DNA from: Azolla caroliniana
Taxonomy: Eukaryota > Plantae > Polypodiophyta
Length of the DNA: 64,000 nucleotides
NCBI GenBank assembly: GCA_043228905.1
Contig: JBHGNT010000006.1
Location: 22,258,001 to 22,322,000, forward strand
Direction: 5' to 3'
The position numbers were made by a program, and so were the translations under genes. A model generated the notes under the pieces. The model was given only the letters and a program-made list of their open reading frames with translations, did not search any database and had not been told where the DNA came from. Below, one piece after another: positions 38,601-50,169 of this stretch (positions within the stretch are counted from its first letter, which is position 1; every line of letters starts with the position of its first letter).

Positions 38601-39332
38601 TTCGTTGGCCTTGGTATTCTTAAATGGGGATTCCTTTGTTCTCTTTGTATTCTTTGTAATCTTGAAGACAGATTCATCATTGTTTTTGGTATTCTTAGAG
38701 AGAAATTCCTTTGCATTCTTCGTGAGAGATTCTTCTGTATTCTTAATATTCTTGAGGAGCAATTCTTCACCATCCTTCTTCACATTCTTGAAGAGGGAAT
38801 CTTCAAGATTCTCAAAGAGAGACTCCTTGTCATTCTTTTTCTTATTCTGGGATACATTGCTTTCGTTTAGGCTTTGTTGAACAGAAGTGAAAGTGCATGA
38901 CCTTAAGGGCCAGAACTTTGTCCCTTTCTTTCCTACCTTGTTCTCATCGTTACCTTCATCATCATCATCACCATCATCATCCAGTATAGAATCAAACTCT
39001 GCAAATGCATCAAGTGAGATGGAAGATTTGGGAGTTCCACATATATCACATAATACATCAACCTGTTTGTTAAGGAAAGTGCAAGCTCTACAGCCCCATC
39101 TAGATGTATCACGATCAAACAAAGAAGAAGAAGAAGAAGAAGAAGATGATGATGATGATGAAGAAGCAAAAAGCTTCAAAGATGGTGATTGTGATAATGA
39201 AGACAAAAACGGAGAAGGAAGAGAGGGGGAGGGAGGCAGGGGAGGAACCCTCTTAGTTTGTTGGCATACCTGACATGTGTTAGAGATGGCTTGGTTTACA
39301 AAAGTGCAAGATGAACAGCTCCAAAAGGCCAT
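35633..39332 (-). CDS. TDP2: Tyrosyl-DNA phosphodiesterase 2-like protein: two RanBP2-type zinc fingers plus EEP (exonuclease/endonuclease/phosphatase) domain
   Basis: Exons 39332-38387, 37958-37765, 37526-37416, 36781-36446, 35887-35633. Zinc fingers WSCSSCTFVN...CQVC and WGCRACTFLN...CDIC; catalytic motifs TYNVWF, LQEV, THLES, GDMN, LDRMF, PSDHFG. Confidence 0.9.
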
Positions 39333-39812
39333 AGCTCTGCAGAGAGAAGAAACAGGGGAGGGGGGGGAGGGTACATGCAGACCATAAAAACCTTAAATTT
39401 GTTCTAAAATATTTTTAAAAAGACAAAAAAATAGGATGCTCTGTTTCACATTTGAGAGATGGAGGAGAGAAGACAAGACAAGAAGAGTCTTTTGAAGAAG
39501 AAGAAGAAGAGTCTTTCTCATAGTGTTCTCGGATCATCATATTTGATGAAATCCCTGCGTCTGCATCGCAAAACCCATAGGCCCATCATCCATCATGGCC
39601 ACATCGGGTCTCGCCCGACAATTTCCGGGCTCGACTGACCAAAACCCCTCCTAAGCTGAACGCACTTCAAACTTGGCACTACGAACAAACCACGCGTGTC
39701 CACATCAGAGTACATAAGTGTTTCGATGTGGTCAACCCTATCAGTTGCTTGATTAGGCCTCTCAATGACTTTGATGTTGATCTTGCTCCCCGCCTTGATG
39801 CCATGTACGTGA

Positions 39813-40353
39813 TGGGGTAGACGCGATTGTGGTGGAATCTGGCTTTACTTGGAATCTTGACCCTTTTTATCTAATCGATCGTGGGTAAAGGTGATTGTGG
39901 TGGAATTTAGCTTAACTTGGATGTTGGACCCATTTTTCCTAATCGGTAGTGGGTAGAGGTGATTTGTGGTGGAATTTGGCATTACTTGGAATCTTGACCC
40001 ATTTTTACTAATCGGTAGTGGGTAGACGTGATTGTGGTGGAATCTAGCTTAACTTGGATGCTTGACCCATTTTTCCTAATCAGTAGTCGGTAGAGGTGAT
40101 TTGTGGTGGAATCTAGCTTAACTCGGATGTTGGACCCATTTTTCCTAATCGGTAGTCGGTAGAGGTGATTCTGGTAGAAGCTGGCTTTACTTGGAATCTT
40201 GACCCTTTTTATCTAATCAGTTGTGGGTAGAGGTGATTGTGGTGGAATCTAGCTTAACTCATATGCTCGACCCATATTTCCTAATCGGTAGTGGGTAGAG
40301 GTGATTGTGGTGGAATCTAGCTTAACTTGGATGCTCGACCCATTTTTCTTAAT
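39813..40353. repeat. ~68-bp minisatellite, 8 units of two subtypes
   Basis: gtgatt(t)gtggtggaat-like unit starts near 39823, 39891, 39959, 40028, 40096, 40165, 40233, 40301. Confidence 0.92.
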
Positions 40354-41689
40354 TTAGGAGAAACTTACTGACCTTTGACACAGAAACTGTTGATTTGGAT
40401 AGAAAACCCTCATAATGTTTTGCCTTTTAAAACCGTGGTTTGTAAAATCATATAACCTCCATGGTTGGCCAACCTTCTTCCAATGCACACATTTGATGCT
40501 CGTTTGGTGGGTGGCCTAGATTAGTCGGTCTACCACCCACTCGGTGAGGTCCAAGGTGGTGTTTGTTGGATGCTCAACCTTTTCGCTTAGTGGTCGTATG
40601 GCCTTGTTTGCTTTGGCCATCATTTTGTAATTTCTTGATATAAAACTTAATGATGTGATATTTTTTTCCACGTGTGTGAGTGGAAGTGTGCGCACGAGTT
40701 GTTGGCATCAAACAAAGGTCTCACGTGGGACATGGACTTTGCTACATGTAGACAAAAGTTAAAATCTATATCCCATTTCACATCACATGTAAAACTATGA
40801 AAGGGTCCTAAAAACAAATAAAGATATTGCTCCAATGATCATGACTCATGATGCAAGAATTGAAAGCATATTCTCTTTCAAATTTGTTTAAATATGATAA
40901 TCAAGGTTGAATTAGGCATCAAAACAACGGTAAAGACCTTAATTTAATTACGATAAGTGGTGATAGTTCTGATATGCATATCTCAAACATTGGAGATCTT
41001 GGATCAAGTCCTAGGATTTAACTAAAAGGCAAAAACTTGGTAGCTTAGCTCCAAGCACCACCATCAATTTAAAACAAATAGATTCCCCTTGGTCAAGAAA
41101 TGATAAAAACTAAATGCATTTCCATAAGAGATTTGGATGTGAATTTATTGAAAATCGAGATGATTAATTGGATCATCAATTTATTAATATCAAAATTATT
41201 TCCATGGCATGGATCAAGATTGTGGGAAATTCTTCTAAGATGTGTCTTGGAGTGAAATGGTTGACCCTATAATGTTGATTGATTTCAAATCGGAAAGGAG
41301 CATGTCATGGATGGTTCGATATAATGATGGGAATGGTCATGCTAATAAATATCTCACAAATTGATATTCAATTTGCAATCAATTGAACTTCTCGTCGTAC
41401 GAAATTCGTTGTGGATGGATTTGAAATAAAGTTGTGGATGAAACTCGTTGGGTATCTATTGTCCCATCATTCACATACAAAAAAGCGGGTCCCATAACGA
41501 AATAATTTTCGATACAGGAAACAAATGTTACATCCATCCATTTCAATCACCCAAATTAGGAAATAACACTAGAATAAACTAGCAAACAAACAAATCCAAC
41601 AAACAATTGATTTACTTCATATATAAAACCACGGGAACTAGTAAGAGGTTCTAATGAGCTTTGGTTTGAGGTAATCTAATGTATTAATG

Positions 41690-42300
41690 CATAATATGAT
41701 ATGAATGAACATATGATCGAATGATTAAAGGAACAAACAATCTGGATTCTGAAGTGACCATATGAGCTAACATATGATTGATTCGTTTACTCGAAGGGTG
41801 GATTATAAAGAGCTTGGATCCTCACCTAACCTAACATACTAACAAATAATATGATGAGGAATAATAATCAAATGAATGAGCAAACACACGTCGAATCTAT
41901 CAATCCATAGGAAGACAAATATTACTCACTCACATGATCGTTCAAACAAACAAATGAATTGATGTATCCATATGACAACAAATAATCGAATGAACGAATA
42001 TTAATCACAAGATTGTTCAAACAAAGAAACAAATGAATCGATTTATCCATATGACAACGAATAATCGAATGACCGAACAAACGAATGATTGAATGGATGG
42101 ATGAATTCATGCGATGCCGAATAATCGATTGAACAAACAAACAAACGATTGAAATCGATCAATCCAATCTATGAAGTTGAATAATCCAATGAATGCGAAC
42201 AAACGAACGATCCCATTGATGAATCCAGATGCAGACGAATAAACAATCGAATCGAAGGAACGAAGATGAAGTTATCGATCGAATCGATCCATGATTTGCG
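41690..42300. repeat. Degenerate tandem repeats (aacaaacaaatgaatcgat...ataatcgaatg), probable TE subterminal region
   Basis: Multiple diverged copies of aacaaac/aataatcgaatga/atccatatgacaac motifs. Confidence 0.6.
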
Positions 42301-42640
42301 TTTATCAAAATCTAAGGGGCGGCTATTCTAGCAAGGTGATTATCAGTTATCTGACAGGGTAGATCCATCAAAGGAATCCAATCCAACTATCACTGGATTT
42401 AGGTAAGGTAATGGGGGGGTTTCTGGAGACGTTAGCTTTGACCTCTTCTGACATCTCGGGAGTTGGGGTGTCTGATAAATTTTGGGTTTGACCTATTCTG
42501 ATATGTCAACATACACGACAAATTAGTCTAGATAGTTTAATATGGGCAAGAGAATCTGTCAAAATACAGGAATTCCGGTGAAGCCGAAGCCCACTTGGGT
42601 AATAGAGATTGGTGACAGATTATCCGGAAATAAACAAAAA

Positions 42641-42648
42641 GGATATAC
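42641..42648 (+). promoter_or_regulatory. P1BS (PHR1-binding site, GNATATNC) upstream of PHO1
   Basis: GGATATAC about 520 nt upstream of the PHO1 ATG; short motif, so function unproven. Confidence 0.45.
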
Positions 42649-43112
42649 TGTAAAAGTCTCACATACTTTGTCCATTTCTGTTAGTATTGACTATTATATA
42701 CATAAACGTATGTAGAAATCAGCTTATTGTACTCAATCTCGCTTTTCTTTAGCTTATGATCTTTTGATTAACAACTTCTTTCAGCGCACCCTGTAATCCT
42801 CCTCCTCTTCATTTTGGGATTTTGATCCTTTTGATCACACAATCTTAAAACCTAGTTACATATATATAAATCTTGGAGTTTTTTTGGGTTTAGTCATTCG
42901 ATCAGAAATTAGAGCATACACGATTTTGATCTTGATTTTGGGTTTCAAATTTCTGGATTAATAATTTTAACACCTATATATATATGTATGTATGTATGTA
43001 TCTTAGGTTTTTGACTATTTTGATCAACAATCAGCACATATATCTGTTTATTATTCCTTAAACAGATAACTAAATAACTTATTTTGAGTTTCCTCTATAA
43101 TACACAGACACA

Positions 43113-43160
<48 letters not shown>

Positions 43161-43170
43161 ATTTTGAGCT

Positions 43171-46100
43171 ATGGTGAATTTCTATGGAAGCTTAGAGAGC
43201 CAGCTTGTACCGGAATGGGGAGATGCATATTGTGACTATAAGCAACTGAAAAAAGACCTAGAGCATGTGAAGAGCAGTCATGGTAGTGATCAACAATCAC
43301 AAGCAGATGGCCATAGCTTCAAACACATTCGGATGCCGTCATTCCAACACCTTCGAACCCTCACACGCCGTATGTCCAAAAGGCTCGTCAACTTCAATCT
43401 ATCTGTGAAGGTACATTACATACATATATACATATACATATCATTACCAATAACATGCTGTGCATATATATATATATGCGTAAACATACACAGGAACATA
43501 CATATTTACCATATATATGTGTGCATAAATGTTTATACAAATAAACAACGTATGTATACATAAACCCTAAAAACACTACCTGATTAGGGGTTCTGTGTTA
43601 ATGTGTATACACACGAACATACATATTTACTATATATATGTGTTTGCATAAATGTTTATACAAATAAACAACATATGTATACATAAACCCTTAAAACACT
43701 ACATGATTAGGGGTTCAGTGTTAATGCGCATACACATAAACATGCCATATACCAGGTATACATCAGATATACATTTATGAATCTATACATCTACCATGAT
43801 TTAGGAATGGGATTGATTAACATTGTATCAAACATATCTAGTCGAGTACAAAATATCCACACTTTTGTCTGAGAGGGTGTACCTAGTATCTATTAATCAA
43901 GAACTTTAAGGTTTAGGTTTTGTATGTATATACATAAGTATATGATATACCATATTTTAGATGTATATATGCATGTAAATATGATGTGTCAATAATGTAT
44001 TTAAATTTCAGATATTCAGTTCATATTCCAAAATGGGGTGATAATGTTTGTTCTTAGGTGCACTTGCAACAACCCAATGGAAGCTCTGGATTGGAACACG
44101 AGCTTGGATTGTATGAAACTGAGCTATTGATGCCGTGTGAAGACATTGAGGGGGATAAGATTTTCTTTGGAAGATTAGATGGGCAGCTCAACAAAGTGAA
44201 TAAGTTTTACAAGGATAAAGAGGATGAATATCTTGACGTAGGGGAGAAGATCAAAGATCAGTTGATAAAGCTAGAAAAGATTAAAAAGGCACTGATTGAT
44301 AAGCAAGACCTCATGAATCAAGATGGGGAGGATGCCGATTCATCAACATCCTACAGTTTAAGAGGTTGGTGGAATATATTTTGTCATTTATTAGGATTGA
44401 TTGCATTACAGGGTAGCTAGCACTTTAAAAGCATATCAATTAACCTTAGGACTTAAATCTACCTCCAAATCATAGCTGTTGAGATCTAGTCGTCATTCGA
44501 TGGAAGTTTAGCAACTTGTTTGTACCTTAAAGTATGCATATATCCTTGCAATGAGAGAATGGAGAACTCTAGATGAATCAATATAATGAAGAAGTGCACA
44601 ACAGGATAGCTAGTCCTCTATATACTAGTTAAACCCTGGTCAATGTCTAGACTATAGCAGTCCGGACTGTGCAATTGTGAATGATGAAATAAAACTATCT
44701 TGGCCTAATTAAATTCTTTAATGTAATGTTACCTGCATGCTCTTAACACTTCCTATATGTCTTTCTTGGGTCAGCGAATGCTTATGAATTGGAAGAGCGG
44801 AATGATGCTGTCATTGTCAACATGGATCAATCGAATGTGCCGATAAGCAAAGATGAATCTGATCTCTGGAAAGTTTCTAAGGTCAAGCTCAGAACTGATT
44901 CTGAAATGACATCAAATATATTGTTTGGGCTGAATGTTCCTCGAGCTACTCCCACATTAGCACTTGCATCTGTTGCTCAAAAGATTGTCGATGATATCTC
45001 AAACCACATGAAGACCGATGATGCAAGTTCGAGAAGTAATCCCACGAGATTGGATAGAAAACGATTGCAATATGCTGAGAAGATGTTGCGTGATGCGTGC
45101 ATGGAATTATATCGTGGGCTTAACTTATTGAAAAGTTTCAGGTTAGGTCCTTTGACATGAATAGCTTTAGACAACCAACGCTATTGCTCTCTTCACAATA
45201 TCTTAATCAAATGCATTGATCTTGTAGCACCTTGAACTTCACAGCATTCTCCAAAATATTGAAGAAATATGACAAGGTTAGTAAACATCTAAACTTTGTG
45301 GATAGTGAATACATTATCATTTATGGCAGTGCATACAGTGCAAAGCTTTTCATTTTCGTTAATTTTTTCAGACTTCTGGGAGAGATGCCTCTTCATCATA
45401 CATGAAAGTTGTGGACAAAGCTTATTTCCATTCCTCAGATAAGGTATAGTTATAGATAAACCCCCCCCCTCATAAGATTTGAACTTGCATCCATAACATG
45501 TATCATTATTGTATATCCAGTCCAAATCTTCGTATGACTCATATTCCGTTGTGATCATTAGGGCATGTGGATTTCTTTGGCATTTTTGCAAATGCAGAAA
45601 AATGTGTGGCATATGAAAATTTCTCCAAAATTCAACCTTCTTATGGTTTCATCTTGTATTTTCGTTTTTCTTATGCTAGCAGGCCTTAAGATTGATGGAA
45701 GAACTGGAAAAGAAATTCATAAAGCTTTTTGCAAATGGCGATCGCAAGAAGGGTATGGCAGTTTTAAAAGCTTTCCGACAGCCAGCATCTCACAAAGTAA
45801 CCTTCTTTCTAGGTAAGTGCTCTTGAATAGAGATAATGACAAACATTTGGAGAAGGTTGTGTTATGTCTTTTAGTAACTTGTTTTCCTTGGACTCTCATA
45901 TAGGTCTATTCACAGGGTTCTCCTTATCTTGTTTAATTGCCTTCTTTCTCCTGCTTGACGTGAAGTGGTTTCGAAAAGATGAGGTGCTTGATGAAGAAAA
46001 GGATTTGTATCTAACTGCGATGTTTCCACTCTTCAGGTTTGTACATTAATTTCGGTGGAACATATTTCTTTGAATTTATGGTAGAAAATCATTGGTTTGT

Positions 46101-49100
46101 TTGCAAGGCAGTAATTTCACATTAGCTACTTGAAATAACAAAAGCTCATGAGATCATGTTCTTGTTTACTCAGTTCAAGGTTCAAGGAACACTCATTTGC
46201 CACTCACTTTGATATTCTTTTCCACTATATCATTCGTGGCCATAACCCACCTCATCATGTTTGGATGGAACTTTTATGCATTGGAGAGAGAAAGATCAGT
46301 GCTTCCCTTTTCACTATCTTTGATTTTCTTTTACAGCATATTGTTTTTGATGATCATCCACCTCACCATGTTTGGATGGAACTTATATACTTGGAGAGAG
46401 AAGAAGATAAATTATTCATTCATCTTCGGATTCACCCCCGATGTAGAGATAAGATATCGAGAATTGCTGCTTATAGTCTCATGTCTCTCGGCCATAACCA
46501 CAGGGGTTCTTCTTGGTCATTTTGTGATGTATGCAGATTGGACATCATCATTCTTAACTGTCATCATGCCCCTCTCTGTTTTATTGGTATGTCTCTCTTA
46601 ATACAATTCTTAGGCATTTGAAACATCTCTTTTAATTTTCCATTATCAGAAAGTGCATCTCTTAAATTCTGCAACATCATTTTGAGAACATTTATCCTAA
46701 TGTACCTGATTATCATTGGCTTCACATGTCAGAACCATCATTTTGATTGTTTTCTCCTGATATACCGCTTGCTTACATTCATACTGATTTTTAGGCTTCC
46801 GTATTGCTTCTTGTCTGCCCTCTGAATATATGCTACCGATCAACCCGAATGTTCCTTTTATCATGCTTTTGGCATAGTGTTTTGGCACCATTCTACAAAG
46901 TAAGTAATTTGGAAAATCAATCATTGCAATACTACTCAAGACTTTTTATTCACAGATTGCTAACTAGCCAATACTTCAACTTGGATCCTGTTTAGGTTGT
47001 CATGGCAGATTTCTTTCTCGCAGATCAGCTTACGAGCCAGGTATGTTCTATTAAGGCATCAATGTGTAGCAGTTGAGAAATTGTCTTTACGATATCTAGA
47101 AAACCTTTTATTAGGAGTCAATATGAAGGATGTTAGCTTGGATAAAATGATAGACTAGATTGGGTTTATGGATAATTATGGGTTGCCTTTTTGTTCTAGT
47201 GCTCTCCTCTATTCCAGTCAGAGACAGTCCTAGCTGTAGAATAGGATGGACCTAGAGCTTGTGTTGTTAATCTTCAGTAATAATTCTGATTTTACTTTCT
47301 TTCAGGTCTTCATGTTCAGAAATATAGAATATGTGCTTTGCTACAGCATTGTTGGCCATTTTAAAGAGGAAAACATTGCATCCTGTTCTGGAGATAGCGT
47401 GAAGTATCAAGTGATTGCATATATTGTCAGCTTGCTACCATATTGGTGGCGTTTCTTGCAGGTTGGAATATCTTTTCATCACAACTAAATAATGAATTGA
47501 ATTTACTCATGTTAGGTTTCCATATTTGCTTCTCCTCCTACCTTAGACTCACAATTTTCTGAATGAAAATGTGTTTTCAAAGGAAAACTTAATCTCAGAT
47601 TCACCAGTAACTGCATGCTGTTGTAATTTTAATGTTCCATTTCTGTGTACCAAAGGAAATCCTAATCTCACCAATGACTGCATATCAATGTGCTTCTTTC
47701 CATCTATATATATAAACAGAGACTCTGATTTCACATATATGCATGCATGCATGTATACATACATCCCAATGTACATCAAAAAGCAAAAACGATCCATATG
47801 AGCATCAAAAAGCAACATTATATTCACATATTCTTCTTACATATGTATACATACATACACATATGTGTGTGTAATATACATGTTTATGCATACATAACAA
47901 GAAACCCTAATCCTAGAATCACAAATGGATGCATGATATTGTGTTTCTTTTTTAAATACATGTACATACATACTACCTACATACTCATGTGTAAGTATGC
48001 ATGCATCTACATATACCCATATATTCAAATTCAAATACATATATAGATGAGAAACACAAAACGCTAAATTATATATATGTATACATACATACACATATGT
48101 GTGTAATATACATGCATATACCTGTTTATACATACATAACAGGAAACCCTAATCCTAGAATCCCAAATGGATGCATGCCATTATGTTTCTTTTTTAAATA
48201 CATGTACATACATACTACCTACATAATCATGTGTAAGTATGCATGCATCTACATATACCCATATATTCAAATTCAAATACATAAATAGATGAGAAACACA
48301 ATACACTAAAATATATATAAAATGCACATGCTCATATGCAAGCATACATACACATCCACAAACATACACATGCATATGTGACATATGTTTGTATGGGTAT
48401 AGACAAAAGGAAATCATCTAAATCTCAGGCATGCCAATGTGACAGTGTGTGAGGAGGTGGATAGACGAGCGTGACAAATCGCATATCACGAATGGCATGA
48501 AATACATTTCAGCGCTTGTCGCTGCAGGGGCATCTCTCACATTCTCCTTCAACAAGACAACATTGTGGATGTGGGTGTTTATTTTGGCCTCCACTTGGGC
48601 AACAGGGTTTAGTTTGTACTGGGATCTTTGTATTGATTGGGGTCTTCTCAATTGGAATTCAAAGAACTACTTGTTGAGGGATCAACTCATTCTTAAGAAT
48701 AAGAATATTTACTTTGCATCCATGGTATGCACCATTACTCTATAACCTCATTTTATTTTGAGATAGATTTCCATCTTAAAGTGTTGTCATTTTGAGAGAG
48801 ACCTAGAGATGAATCTTAAAAACCTTTACAAATAGAGAGGATTGTTTTCTATTGTTGATATGGCTTTGCAATAGGTGCTTAATGTGGTTTTGAGGTTTGC
48901 TTGGATGCAATCCGTCACGCAAATGGAGTTTTTGAATCTTGATCATCATTTAATTGATTTATTCTTTGCTTCGCTTGAGGTTGTCAGAAGAGGCCATTGG
49001 AATTTCTATAGGTAAGAAATTTTCATAAAACCAATGTATTCATTTTGTATAATAATCATATTTGATTCCTTTGGTATTTATACCAAAGCTTAGAATCCTT

Positions 49101-49197
49101 GAAATTGTGTAACAGGTTAGAAAATGAGCATCTCAACAATGTGGGAAAATTCAGAGCTACCAAGGCGATCCCCCTGCCGTTTGTCGACGATGATTAA
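43171..49197 (+). CDS. PHO1: SPX-EXS phosphate exporter PHO1 family
   Basis: Exons 43171-43410, 44058-44364, 44775-45141, 45228-45276, 45372-45443, 45683-45812, 45904-46036, 46337-46586, 46795-46899, 46996-47040, 47306-47461, 48446-48724, 48875-49011, 49116-49197 (TAA). SPX motifs [44 protein letters not shown]...KILKKYDK; EXS motifs [62 protein letters not shown]. Confidence 0.95.
43480..43735. repeat. ~128-bp tandem duplication in PHO1 intron 1
   Basis: gaacatacatatttac...gcataaatgtttatacaaataaacaac...aaaccct...tgattaggggttc occurs twice. Confidence 0.85.
47820..48320. repeat. ~240-bp tandem duplication (AT/CA-rich) in PHO1 intron 11
   Basis: gaaaccctaatcctagaatc...tacatgtacatacatactacctacata...gatgagaaacaca at ~47900 and ~48143; diverged third copy at ~47655. 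Confidence 0.85.
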
Positions 49198-50169
49198 ATC
49201 ATGCTTGTTTTCCTACATACATTGGATTGGAATTTGAAGCATCAAAGGAGAAAATGACTTACTTGATCGTAGGGTTTACTTTAGGATGACTGATGCTTTA
49301 TCACATTGGAGACCCCTTCTTCAAGTTTGTTCAAGATTGGGCTTTAAATGATTTGTGGATCTTTTTATTGAAGGTTAGTGTGACTCTAGGGAACATTCAT
49401 GAAATTGGAATCTTACCAGATGATTGAAGATTAATGATCACCTACATTTTGTATTATTTCTCTTATTTAATCTAATGGAAGGATTAACAATTTATCTTGC
49501 ATGATAGAATTGTAATATTCAATTGATACCCTCATTTCTTTTAGAATTAACCCACATGTACTCATATCATAAGATTATAGAAAATCACAAAAAACCTATC
49601 TCATGATTAGTTATGTTTATGCACGTAACATAATCCCCTACTTCTGAAGATTGCACTCTTGCAAGGACTATTTGAGGGGAGTGTGTTCTTATGTGTTTTG
49701 CGAACTAGAATGGCCCAAAAACTTATGGCGTTAATTTAGTGTACTCGCATGTAGATAAAGTCTCGGAGCTTAGAAATACCTTCTTATGCTAGTTGGTGTA
49801 AATTTGTGCTTTTTCTTAAGGAGTTGGAACTTGTCTCATGGAATATCTAACATATTTTGCATATCTCGTAAGTAGTGTAGGCGGTGTATATCTCATCATG
49901 ATGAATATTAACATCGATCGAGGCTTTTGGCTAAAATCATATGCCAATCTCAAAGGATTATCCAATGAATGTAACTCCAATGTTATTGTTTCCATAAGCT
50001 TGAAGCATATCCTCATTCATTTGATCACTTGTTTGATTAGTCCATCACACTAATGTCGGTCTATGGCATCCATATTCAAGGTAGTTTTTAGTTCCATAAT
50101 GAACTTTGTCACTCTTTATATGCGTTGGTAACCTAACAGTGGTGGCATTTAATCACATAATCACTAATA

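Noticed and set aside
39813-40353. Regularly spaced repeats resembling a CRISPR array
   Set aside because: Whole units are repeated with no unique spacers, there are no cas genes, and the context is eukaryotic.
46221-46225. AC-ending acceptor suggesting a U12 AT-AC intron
   Set aside because: The intron starts GTTTGT, with no ATATCC donor or TCCTTAAC branch point; more likely a mutated AG.
47549-48417. Several 76-99 aa Y/I/H/M-rich ORFs
   Set aside because: Translations of an AT/CA-rich intronic duplication in PHO1.
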